This document shows positions 9,225 through 17,975 of a DNA stretch of 55,106 bases, in pieces. This stretch comes from an uncultured Actinomycetes bacterium (GTDB lineage: Bacteria > Actinomycetota > Actinomycetes > Nanopelagicales > Nanopelagicaceae). The notes under the pieces were generated by a model. The model was not told the DNA's origin and did no database searches. It saw nothing but the letters and a program-made list of their open reading frames with translations. The position numbers and the translations under genes were made by a program. Location: assembly GCA_964424485.1 (NCBI GenBank), contig CAYRJB010000001.1, positions 9,595 through 64,700 on the forward strand, given 5' to 3'. Each line of letters starts with the position of its first letter. Position 1 is the stretch's first letter.

Positions 9225-10616
9225 CTAGTAAGCCATCGTCAATGGTGCGCCTTCGTTGGCATTGCTGCCTTCGACTGCGGCCTGTGGACCTTGTTTAATG
9301 GTCTTGGCCATCAATCCAAATTCAATAACTGCCAAGAAACCATAAAGCAATGTAAATACAATCATCGTTGTAAGAACTTCACCGGTGCTAACTACCGCAC
9401 TCACACCATCGGAAGTTTTCATTAATCCAAAAACAATCCAAGGTTGGCGGGCAGTCTCGGTAAAGATCCAGCCGAATGAAATACCGATGAGAGGAAGAAA
9501 TGGAAGGGCCAGTACTGACCTTGTGTACCACTTTCCATTTGGTAGAGAACCTTTGCGTTGTCTCCAGAGAATAAATGCTGCGAGAAGTGCCGCTAAAGCA
9601 CCGAATCCAATCATCAGACGGAATCCCCAATATGCAAGCCAAATAACTGGTGTGTAAGAACCGGAACCATATTTCTCTTCATATTGCTTTTCTAAATCGT
9701 TGATTCCTTCTACAACACCATTTGTCTTACCCGTCGACATGAAAGAAAGGACGCTAGGCAATCCAATTTGAAAGACTGGTTTCTTTCCATCGAGAGAGCC
9801 GATAGTAAAGAGAGAAAATGGTGCATTTGTCTTTGAATCCCAAAGGGCTTCTGCTGCAGCCATCTTCATAGGTTGTTGGGTAGTCATTACCCGCGCGCTG
9901 TAATCACCGGTTACTGCCACAACAACAAAGGCAACGAGAATTGTTATCGCGCCCATTTTCACTGCCGCATGTGCAACTTCTTCATCTTTCTTTTTGACGA
10001 TTAGGTATGCGCCTACTCCGGCGAAGAGCGCTCCAGCTGCAAGAAATGCGCTGGAAACTGTATGAAGGAATGCAGAATAAGAAGTATTTTGAGTAAGAAC
10101 TCGTACGATATCTGTGAGTTCTGCACGATTAGTCTCAGGATTTAACTTGTAACCAACTGGATGCTGCATGAATGCATTAGCTGCCAAGATAAACATCGCC
10201 GAAATCATGGTGCCAAATGAAGCTAGCCATATTGAGGCTAAGTGCAACTTCTTTGGCAGGCGATCCCAGCCGAAAATCCAAAGCCCAAGGAAAGTGGACT
10301 CGAGGAAGAATGCGAGCAAACCTTCCATCGCAAGTGGGGCGCCGAAAATATCCCCGACGAACCTGGAGTAGGAAGACCAGTTCATTCCAAACTGAAATTC
10401 TTGAACAATTCCCGTTACCACTCCTATAGCAAAATTAATAAGAAAGAGTCGTCCAAAAAATTTTGTAGCTCTTAGGTACTTATCTTTATTTGTGCGATAC
10501 CAAGCTGTTTGAAATCCGGCTACTAAAAATCCAGATCCAATCGTGATAGGTACAAAGATGAAGTGATAAACAGTTGTGATAGCGAACTGCCATCGAGCGA
10601 GTGTTAAGGGGCTCAT
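9225..10616 (-). CDS. cydA: cytochrome bd oxidase subunit I (short Q-loop type)
   Basis: Typical CydA N-terminus (LARWQFAITTVYHFIFVPITIG), 463 aa. AAAGGAGAA lies upstream of the ATG. Confidence 0.93.
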   Translation of the reverse strand: MSPLTLARWQFAITTVYHFIFVPITIGSGFLVAGFQTAWYRTNKDKYLRATKFFGRLFLINFAIGVVTGIVQEFQFGMNWSSYSRFVGDIFGAPLAMEGLLAFFLESTFLGLWIFGWDRLPKKLHLASIWLASFGTMISAMFILAANAFMQHPVGYKLNPETNRAELTDIVRVLTQNTSYSAFLHTVSSAFLAAGALFAGVGAYLIVKKKDEEVAHAAVKMGAITILVAFVVVAVTGDYSARVMTTQQPMKMAAAEALWDSKTNAPFSLFTIGSLDGKKPVFQIGLPSVLSFMSTGKTNGVVEGINDLEKQYEEKYGSGSYTPVIWLAYWGFRLMIGFGALAALLAAFILWRQRKGSLPNGKWYTRSVLALPFLPLIGISFGWIFTETARQPWIVFGLMKTSDGVSAVVSTGEVLTTMIVFTLLYGFLAVIEFGLMAKTIKQGPQAAVEGSNANEGAPLTMAY

Positions 10617-10728
10617 GAAATTCTCCTTTTCCTAAAGAGAATTCTGCTCTCGGTTTACGCGATAGGTGTCATAAAAAGTGGTGCTCTAACCCACACGAAC
10701 TCTCGTACGCGAGAATTGTTGAGGGCTA

Positions 10729-12576
10729 TCACTCAGCCGTTGAAGTAAATTGACTTGAATAGAGATTGAAATAAAAACCTTTTGCGGCCATTAAATCTTC
10801 ATGGGTTCCTTGTTCTACGAGACCGCCATGATCCATCACAAGAATGACATCAGCATCTCGGATGGTAGAAAGACGATGAGCAATAACGAAGCTTGTTCGA
10901 CCTTTACGCAGCTTCGCCATTGCCTCTTGTACGAGGACTTCTGTTCGAGTATCGACAGATGAAGTCGCTTCATCCAAAATCAAAATCGCTGGGTCAGCCA
11001 TAAATGCACGAGCAATTGTTAGGAGTTGACGTTCACCGTTAGAAACGGTTGCATTGTCATCAGTCAACATCGAGTTGTATCCCTGAGGTAACGACCTTAG
11101 GAAGTGATCAATATTCGCAGCACGTGCGGCTGATTCGATCTTTTCCTGATCTGGATCATTTGTACCGTAAGCAATATTCTCTCGCATGGTGCCAGTGAAC
11201 AACCAAGTATCTTGAAGCACCATTCCAAATTGGCTTCTTAGATTGTCACGAGACATCTCGCGAATATCTATTCCATCTAAAGTTATGGACCCTTCCCAAA
11301 TATCATAAAAGCGCATAAGCAGGTTAACCAAGGTTGTCTTACCAGCCCCAGTCGGTCCAACAATCGCAACAGTTTGACCTGGCTTCACTTTCAAGGAGAA
11401 GTTCTCAATCAATGGCTGATCTGCCACATATCGGAAAGCAACTTTTTTAAACTCAATCTTCCCTTTTGCACGTTCGATGTAAGTGGGTTGAGCTGTTTCA
11501 GAAATTTCTTCAGTTGCATCCAGAACTTCAAATACACGTTCCGCAGATGCGATGCCGGATTGGACCATATTTACTAAACCTGCAATTTGAGCAAGTGGCA
11601 TACCGAATTGCCTTGAATACTGAATGAATGCTTGAACGTCTCCCAAAGTCATTGTTCCTTGAGTAACTTGATATCCACCAATTACAGCAATTCCTACATA
11701 AATAAGATTATTAACCAACTGGGCCACCGGTTGAATAAATCCTGAGATCCAGCCTGCGCGGAAAGATGCTTCTGTAAGTTTTTCATTCAGCTCATCGAAT
11801 TCCTGAATTGCCTTTTCCCGACGTCCAAACACTTTCACTAGTGAATGGCCCGTATGCATTTCCTCAACATGACCATTGAGTTTGCCAGTCCAGTCCCACT
11901 GTGCAACAAATTCTTTCTGGGATCTCTTTGCAATCACTATCGATGTAAACATTGATACGGGAACAGCAATAAGGGACACCAGAGCAAGAATGGGAGATAT
12001 CCAAATCATCATTGCCAGGATTGTTACTACTGTAAGAATTGAATTGATGATCTGAGAAAGTGCCTGTTGCAATGTATTGCCAATGTTGTCGATGTCATTG
12101 GTGACTCGACTCAAGAGATCGCCTCTACTTTGACCATCGAAATATGACAGCGGGAGGCGCCCCATCTTTGATTCAATTTTTTCACGCAAACGATAAATAG
12201 TTCTTTGGGTGATTCCCGCTAATAAATAACCTTGAATCCAAGAAAAAATGGCGCTAATTGCGTAAACGAATATTGCTAAAAGCACAATTCGTTGAATGGC
12301 TGAAATATTAATCGATTCGCCAATTGAGCCTTGTTGAAAATGAATCTTGATATAGCCTTCAAAGATGTAATTAGTCGCTCGACCCAAGATTTTAGGCCCA
12401 AACGCTCCAATGATTACCGATCCTGAAATTAGCGCAAAAACAATTGCGAATATCTTTTTTTCGCTACCTATCTCGCCGAGAAGCCGACTGAAAGATCGCT
12501 TAAAATTCTTTGATTTTTGAGGTGCAAACCCACCATGAGGACCGCCTCCACCGCGCACGGGACTTCTTGTACTCAT
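10729..12576 (-). CDS. ABC exporter permease/ATPase, heterodimer partner with consensus Walker B
   Basis: Six-TM domain plus NBD: Walker A GPTGAGKTT, degenerate signature VSNGERQ, Walker B ILILDEATSSVD. 4-nt overlap with the upstream partner. Confidence 0.88.
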   Translation of the reverse strand: MSTRSPVRGGGGPHGGFAPQKSKNFKRSFSRLLGEIGSEKKIFAIVFALISGSVIIGAFGPKILGRATNYIFEGYIKIHFQQGSIGESINISAIQRIVLLAIFVYAISAIFSWIQGYLLAGITQRTIYRLREKIESKMGRLPLSYFDGQSRGDLLSRVTNDIDNIGNTLQQALSQIINSILTVVTILAMMIWISPILALVSLIAVPVSMFTSIVIAKRSQKEFVAQWDWTGKLNGHVEEMHTGHSLVKVFGRREKAIQEFDELNEKLTEASFRAGWISGFIQPVAQLVNNLIYVGIAVIGGYQVTQGTMTLGDVQAFIQYSRQFGMPLAQIAGLVNMVQSGIASAERVFEVLDATEEISETAQPTYIERAKGKIEFKKVAFRYVADQPLIENFSLKVKPGQTVAIVGPTGAGKTTLVNLLMRFYDIWEGSITLDGIDIREMSRDNLRSQFGMVLQDTWLFTGTMRENIAYGTNDPDQEKIESAARAANIDHFLRSLPQGYNSMLTDDNATVSNGERQLLTIARAFMADPAILILDEATSSVDTRTEVLVQEAMAKLRKGRTSFVIAHRLSTIRDADVILVMDHGGLVEQGTHEDLMAAKGFYFNLYSSQFTSTAE

Positions 12577-14303
12577 ATTTCCTCCGGAGATAGCTGAGAT
12601 AGAACTATCTCTTGGTATGTCTTGGAGGATTTCATCAATTGCTTATGTGTTCCAATCCCATCAATGCGACCTTCATTGAGCACAATAATTTGATCTGCTT
12701 TCATAATCGTAGAAACACGTTGAGCAACAACAATTACGGTCGCATCCTTGGCATATGCACTCAATGCCTTACGCAATTTTGCATCAGTTGTGAAGTCAAG
12801 GGCTGAAAATGCATCATCAAAAAGGTAGATTTCCGGTCGTTTAATAAGCGCTCTGGCAATTGACAGTCTTTGCTTCTGTCCGCCCGAGAAATTTGCTCCG
12901 CCTTGAGCGACGCTCGCTGCAAGCGCGCCATCCTTCTCTGTTACAAATGAATCAGCTTGAGCAACCGTTAAAGCCTCCCAAATCTCTTCTTCCGTCGCAT
13001 CTAGTCGTCCAAATTTAAGATTGCTTTCAACAGTGCCCCCGAAGAGCAGTGCGCGTTGAGGGATATATCCAATCTTCTTCCAAACTGACTCAAGTTTTTG
13101 TTTGCGAACGTCAATTCCATCGATCAACACCTCGCCGGCGGTCGCATCGATAAGTCTAGGAATAAGGTTGAGTAGCGTTGTTTTTCCAGATCCAGTGGAG
13201 CCCACAATGGCTGTCATCTTTCCTGGCTTTGCAGTGAAAGTAATATCTTGAAGTACAGCTTGCTCAGCTCCCGGATACCTGAATTCAACTCCCCTAAATT
13301 CAACAATTCCTGAGTGAGTAGAAGTTTCTATTGCGTCTGTAGGATCTACAACAGAGCTTTCTAAATCTAAGACTTCCTTGATGCGCTCGGCAGACGCTTG
13401 TGCTCTCGGTATAAACATCGACATCATTACTGCCATCATTACAGACATCAAGATCTGCATAATGTAATTAAGAAATGCGATGAGATTACCAATCTCCATT
13501 TGGCCATTATTGATGAGATGGGCACCAAACCAAATTACTGCTACAGAAGATAAATTCATGACCATCATGAGTGATGGAAACATGATTGCGAAAGTGCGGG
13601 AAACCGAAAGGTTGACTTGCATCAGTTCAGTATTCGCGTCTGCAAATCTTGCTTCCTCATAACGAGTCTTGACAAAAGCACGAATTACCCGAATACCAGC
13701 TATTTGCTCGCGCATGACCAGATTAATTCGATCTAACCGAATTTGAGCAGTGCGGAAGAGGGGAACAATGCGATGAAGAAGAGCCCAAATAATAAGTGAC
13801 ATGACTGGAACAGCAACAAGAAGTAGTCCAGAAAGTTGAACATCCGTGCGAAGAGCCATGATAACCGCACCAATACCAGTAATTGGTGCACCAATCATCA
13901 TCGTCAATCCCATATTAACGAGCATCTGGATCTGCGAAACGTCGTTTGTATTTCGCGTTATTAATGAAGGAGCACCGAATTGATTGAGTTCTCTTGTGCT
14001 GAATTTTTCAACCGAAGTGAATACTGCTCTTCTAATGTCTCTTGCTACATTATTCGCAATCCTCGATGCCATATATGAGATAAACATTGAGGCCACAATG
14101 ATGAGCCCTGAAGCACCAACCATAATAAAGCCGGTGTGCCATATATAAGGAAGGTTCCCCTTGGCGACTCCATTATTGATCAATTCTGCATTAAGCCTTG
14201 GAAGATAAAGATTTGAAATTGACTGAACAAGAAGCATTACTAAAACTACTGCCGAAATTACTCGGTATGGATGAAGATATTTCTTCAACAACGAGACAAG
14301 CAC
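12573..14303 (-). CDS. ABC exporter permease/ATPase, heterodimer partner with degenerate Walker B
   Basis: Six-TM domain plus NBD: Walker A GSTGSGKTT, signature FSGGQKQRL, Walker B IYLFDDAFSALD (Asp in place of the catalytic Glu). Confidence 0.88.
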   Translation of the reverse strand: MLVSLLKKYLHPYRVISAVVLVMLLVQSISNLYLPRLNAELINNGVAKGNLPYIWHTGFIMVGASGLIIVASMFISYMASRIANNVARDIRRAVFTSVEKFSTRELNQFGAPSLITRNTNDVSQIQMLVNMGLTMMIGAPITGIGAVIMALRTDVQLSGLLLVAVPVMSLIIWALLHRIVPLFRTAQIRLDRINLVMREQIAGIRVIRAFVKTRYEEARFADANTELMQVNLSVSRTFAIMFPSLMMVMNLSSVAVIWFGAHLINNGQMEIGNLIAFLNYIMQILMSVMMAVMMSMFIPRAQASAERIKEVLDLESSVVDPTDAIETSTHSGIVEFRGVEFRYPGAEQAVLQDITFTAKPGKMTAIVGSTGSGKTTLLNLIPRLIDATAGEVLIDGIDVRKQKLESVWKKIGYIPQRALLFGGTVESNLKFGRLDATEEEIWEALTVAQADSFVTEKDGALAASVAQGGANFSGGQKQRLSIARALIKRPEIYLFDDAFSALDFTTDAKLRKALSAYAKDATVIVVAQRVSTIMKADQIIVLNEGRIDGIGTHKQLMKSSKTYQEIVLSQLSPEEI

Positions 14304-14320
14304 GTCTAAGTATTACACCT

Positions 14321-14608
14321 CTACAAGGTACCTTTTAACTCAGCAAATTTCGTCTGAAGGTTCTCACCCGTAAGAAGAACCCGCTTATCCCGGGTGAGTT
14401 CACCAAAGACAATTGTGATATCCCGGGGCTTAAGCTGAAAAGCCTTTGCGAGAGCTTCTCTGACTGCTTCGTTTGCTTTACCCTCAACCGCAGGCGCCTG
14501 CACTGTCACAACGAGGCGAGGTGGATCGCCCGCTACGCCGCCCACAGATGTTTTCTTAGCGTTTGGCCTTACACGAATTTCTATTGTGAGTTGTTCTCGT
14601 GAGGTCAT
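14321..14608 (-). CDS. DUF167 (YggU-like) family protein
   Basis: 95 aa. IEIRVRPNAKKTSVGG...VQAPAVEGKANEAV...GELTRDKRV matches the YggU/DUF167 pattern. The only in-frame start that keeps the conserved first strand is ATG 14608. Confidence 0.8.
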   Translation of the reverse strand: MTSREQLTIEIRVRPNAKKTSVGGVAGDPPRLVVTVQAPAVEGKANEAVREALAKAFQLKPRDITIVFGELTRDKRVLLTGENLQTKFAELKGTL

Positions 14609-14609
14609 A

Positions 14610-14685
14610 TGGAGCCGCCTTCGGGAATCGAACCCGAGACCTTCGCGTTACGAGGGCGACGCTCTACCGACTGAGCTAAGGCGGC
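14610..14685 (-). tRNA. tRNA-Thr (anticodon CGT), CCA encoded
   Basis: Hand-folded cloverleaf on the reverse complement: GCCGCCT-TA-GCTC-AGTCGGTA-GAGC-G-TCGCC-CTCGTAA-CGCGA-AGGTC-TCGGG-TTCGATT-CCCGA-AGGCGGC-T-CCA. There is one C.C mismatch at 31-39. Confidence 0.9.
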
Positions 14686-14701
14686 AAATATATTCGTGAA
14701 A

Positions 14702-15367
14702 TTAATCCAAACGGATTGAACCATTGGGAGTATCGAGAGTTACAGAAACGATTCCTGTATCTCCGTCATTCTCTTTTGGATCGAGCCAAGTAATTTCGAA
14801 CTTGTTACGGGTGAGATCACGGATCTCTTCCCCAACGTAGTTAATTATTGTTTCTTTATTTCCAGCAATTTCTACTGCAGAAACGCGAGCAACCGCTTTT
14901 CCATCTTTTGACGGGTGATTTTCAGAATTCCATTCAACGAAAAATGGAAGTTGGCGGTCTTCTATGGTTGAAAGAATTCCGAGCTGTTTCCAAGCAAGCG
15001 ATGTTCCGTCGGGTTTTGTTCTGTGACCCTCGACTGCCTCACGGCCAAGACGTTTTTCAACTTCTGAAATATTGTCGACTGCAATTACCCACGTAAGCCA
15101 ACCTCCGCCTTCTGCAGCACGTTGAGCAACAGCTCGACCGAATGCAGTCTTTTCAGTTGCTGGATGATCGAGAGGACAAACAACTTCGAGATAAGTTCCA
15201 TCTTCTAATGGAAGAGTGAAATTACGTGTCCCGAAACGTGGGTGCATTCCGCCATCAACGAAAGTCGAACCAAGGCGTTGCCCAAGACGTTGGACAGTGT
15301 CAGAGAGTTGATCATGAGAGGTTACATAAGAGACATGGTCAAGACGCATGGGAGAATTCTGCACCAC
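14702..15367 (-). CDS. VOC/glyoxalase-like domain protein
   Basis: MRLDHVSYV... N-terminus and overall pattern typical of glyoxalase-like (VOC) domain proteins. The ORF opens at GTG 15367; ATG 15349 is an alternative start. Confidence 0.7.
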   Translation of the reverse strand: MVQNSPMRLDHVSYVTSHDQLSDTVQRLGQRLGSTFVDGGMHPRFGTRNFTLPLEDGTYLEVVCPLDHPATEKTAFGRAVAQRAAEGGGWLTWVIAVDNISEVEKRLGREAVEGHRTKPDGTSLAWKQLGILSTIEDRQLPFFVEWNSENHPSKDGKAVARVSAVEIAGNKETIINYVGEEIRDLTRNKFEITWLDPKENDGDTGIVSVTLDTPNGSIRLD

Positions 15368-15447
15368 CTTAGAGGGTGCTTTTTACCATGCCGTTCGCCT
15401 ACCAAACTGGCTATTCGTGCGGGAAATATGGGATGTAGGCTCTGAAA

Positions 15448-17481
15448 ATGACCATCCCGACATCGAATCCATTCGCCACCCGAAGCGCTCTCGAATATGA
15501 ACTTCCTCCGTTCGCGCAAATCAAAGATGAGCATTACAAAGAAGCATTTTATGCTGGGTGCGAAGAACAATTATCTGAAGTCGCAGCAATTGTTAGTAAT
15601 ACAGATGAACCCACTTTCGAAAATACGATTGTAGCGATGGAAAAGAGTGGTGGCATTCTCACTCGAATGTTGATGGTCTTCTATAACAAGTCTTCGTCTG
15701 ACACTAATGATGTAATCGATGCTATTGAAGCCGAAATTGCCCCCAAACTTGCGGCACATACAGATTCAATCAAGCTCAATCCTGCACTTTGGGCACGTAT
15801 CAAGAAAGTGCACTCAATGAAATCAGCTCTCAACGATGAAGATGCTTGGTTAACAGAAAAGTATTACCGCGATTTTATACACGCCGGCGCTGATCTCAAT
15901 GAGTCTGCGCGCAAGAGAGTTATGGAAATTAATGAAGAACTATCAGCACTGGAAACAAAATTCTCCCAAGATTTGCTGGCTGATACTAATGATTTAGCAG
16001 TATTTGTTGATTCTATTCTCGAATTAGACGGATTAAGTGACAGTGAAATAGCTGCGGCAAAATCAGCTGCGGAAGCTCGTGGAGTTTCAGATAAATGGAT
16101 GATTGGCATGGTTAATTTCACTGGAAATCCGGTTCTTGCATCTCTAACTAATCGGGAACTACGTGAAAAAATTATGAAGGCTTCGCTCGTAAAATCCAAT
16201 AGAGACAACAAAAAAGACACCAAAGCAACGCTTAAGAAAATGGTTGCTCTTCGAGCTGAACGCGCAAAGTTATTTGGGTTTAAAAACCATGCAGAATATG
16301 TAATCTCTGCCCAAACCGCTGGGAATGCTTCAAATGTCCATGCAATGCTTCGCCAAGTGGCAGCTCCAGCCGTGCGTAATGCCCGTGCAGAGGGAAGCGA
16401 CATTCAAAGCAGTATTGGCTCACAATTTGAGTTACAGTCCTGGGATTGGGATTTTTATACAGAAAAAGTGCGTCAGGCTAAGTACGATCTTGATACAAGC
16501 AAGATGCGACCCTACTTTGAACTTGAAAGAGTTCTTCATGATGGCGTCTTCTTCGCAGCAACTAAATTATTTGGCATTACTTTTAAAGAGCGCAAAGATC
16601 TAGTTACCTACCACCCTGAAGCACGAGCTTTCGAAGTCTTCAATGAAGATGGTTCAAAGCTAGCGCTCTTCATCGGCGATTTCTATACACGTGATAGCAA
16701 ACGCGGTGGTGCGTGGATGAACAATTTAGTTGATCAGAACTTTCTACTAGGTCAATTACCTGTTGTTGTGAACAATTTGAACATCCCAAAGCCTCCTGCG
16801 GGTGAGCCAACTCTTTTGACTTATGACGAAACTACAACCCTCTTCCATGAATTTGGACACGCTTTGCATGGAATGCTCTCAGCAGTTAAGTACCCAAGAG
16901 TTTCAGGTACGAGTGTCGAGAGAGATTTTGTCGAGTTCCCATCTCAGGTAAATGAAATGTGGATACTCTGGCCAGAGGTAGTGAAAAATTATGCTCGCCA
17001 TTATGTGACTGGTGAAGTACTTCCGCAGGCATGGATTGATAAATTACATGAATCTTCAACATTTAATGAAGGTCATGCCACCACTTCTTATCTTGCGGCT
17101 GCAATTCTGGACCTTGCTTGGCACGAATTAGAAGAAGGAAATTTACCGAGCGATGTAAATGAATTCGAGGCCAGCGCGATTGCAAATTACGGCTTGGATT
17201 ACCATCCAGTTCCAACTCGTTATCGCTCAACCTATTTTGCTCATATCTTTGCTGGCGGATATTCGGCTGGCTACTACGGCTATATTTGGTCGGAAGTTCT
17301 CGATGCAGATACCGTCGAATGGTTTAAAGAAAATGGTGGCCTCACTCGTTCTAATGGCGATCATTTCCGAAAGACGCTACTTGGCTGTGGGGGATCAATT
17401 GATTCGATGCAGATGTTCCGCAATTTCCGTGGAAGAGATAAAGAGATTGCCCCACTTCTGAAGCGACGCGGCCTGAACTAA
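15448..17481 (+). CDS. dcp: M3-family peptidyl-dipeptidase (Dcp)
   Basis: 677 aa with zinc motif HEFGHALH, a downstream E ligand region, and M3A-family architecture. Confidence 0.9.
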   Translation: MTIPTSNPFATRSALEYELPPFAQIKDEHYKEAFYAGCEEQLSEVAAIVSNTDEPTFENTIVAMEKSGGILTRMLMVFYNKSSSDTNDVIDAIEAEIAPKLAAHTDSIKLNPALWARIKKVHSMKSALNDEDAWLTEKYYRDFIHAGADLNESARKRVMEINEELSALETKFSQDLLADTNDLAVFVDSILELDGLSDSEIAAAKSAAEARGVSDKWMIGMVNFTGNPVLASLTNRELREKIMKASLVKSNRDNKKDTKATLKKMVALRAERAKLFGFKNHAEYVISAQTAGNASNVHAMLRQVAAPAVRNARAEGSDIQSSIGSQFELQSWDWDFYTEKVRQAKYDLDTSKMRPYFELERVLHDGVFFAATKLFGITFKERKDLVTYHPEARAFEVFNEDGSKLALFIGDFYTRDSKRGGAWMNNLVDQNFLLGQLPVVVNNLNIPKPPAGEPTLLTYDETTTLFHEFGHALHGMLSAVKYPRVSGTSVERDFVEFPSQVNEMWILWPEVVKNYARHYVTGEVLPQAWIDKLHESSTFNEGHATTSYLAAAILDLAWHELEEGNLPSDVNEFEASAIANYGLDYHPVPTRYRSTYFAHIFAGGYSAGYYGYIWSEVLDADTVEWFKENGGLTRSNGDHFRKTLLGCGGSIDSMQMFRNFRGRDKEIAPLLKRRGLN

Positions 17482-17975
17482 AGAACTTTGAGCATACGGG
17501 TATTGCCCAAAGTATTGGGCTTTACCGACTCAAGATCTAAGAATTCGGCAACACCTTCGTCGTATGAACGAAGAAGTTGCGCGTAAACATCTGGCTCAAC
17601 AGGCGCGCCTTCAATCTCCTTAAAGCCGTGTCGACCAAAAAATTCTGTCTCAAAAGTCAAACAGAAAAGTCGTTTCACACCAACTTCACGTGCTCGTTCA
17701 ATTATTCGCTCGAGAATCGCATGTCCGACACCTTTGCCTCTGTGTCCCTCATGAACCCCGACGGTGCGAACTTCCGCTAGGTCATCCCACATCACATGAA
17801 GAGCGCCACATCCAATGACTTTTCCATCTTGTTCGGCAACAGTGAACTCTTGTGTAGCCTCATAAAGTGTCACTGTTTCTTTGGAGAGTAAGCGACCTTG
17901 TAGAGAATACTCATCGATGATTGCTCGAATCTCTTTAATATCCGACGTGCGTGCAGGTCTGATGACAAAGGACAT
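17478..17975 (-). CDS. argA: GNAT amino-acid N-acetyltransferase (short-form N-acetylglutamate synthase type)
   Basis: 165 aa. Strong full-length resemblance to the mycobacterial short ArgA (…LYEA.QEF.VAE…GCGALHV.W.DL.E.RTV.V…FETEFF.RHGF.EIEG…VAEFLDL..VKPN.LGN.RML.VL). Acetyl-CoA motif HRGKGVG. Confidence 0.8.
   Translation of the reverse strand: MSFVIRPARTSDIKEIRAIIDEYSLQGRLLSKETVTLYEATQEFTVAEQDGKVIGCGALHVMWDDLAEVRTVGVHEGHRGKGVGHAILERIIERAREVGVKRLFCLTFETEFFGRHGFKEIEGAPVEPDVYAQLLRSYDEGVAEFLDLESVKPNTLGNTRMLKVL

Noticed and set aside
10680-10695. Crp/GlxR-like site gGTGc-N6-cCACA about 70 nt upstream of cydA, with a similar TGTGt-N6-gCACg at 255..270 just upstream of the acs ATG
   Set aside because: Each matches only 7 of 10 consensus positions of TGTGA-N6-TCACA. 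By a simple binomial estimate, a match of at least 7/10 is expected about once every few hundred bp, so position alone is not evidence. It is worth testing, because crp is in the window and Crp control of cydAB is known in mycobacteria, but it is not supported by the sequence alone.
14610-14685. tRNA genes (also 55046..55106) as integration hot spots for a genomic island
   Set aside because: There is no integrase, no duplicated tRNA 3' segment and no phage or plasmid genes nearby. The flanking genes are ordinary metabolic or transport genes.
15864-16403. 179-aa ORF on the - strand inside dcp
   Set aside because: It is antisense to the M3 peptidase gene and has Ser/Ala/Arg-rich low-complexity sequence. 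A shadow ORF.
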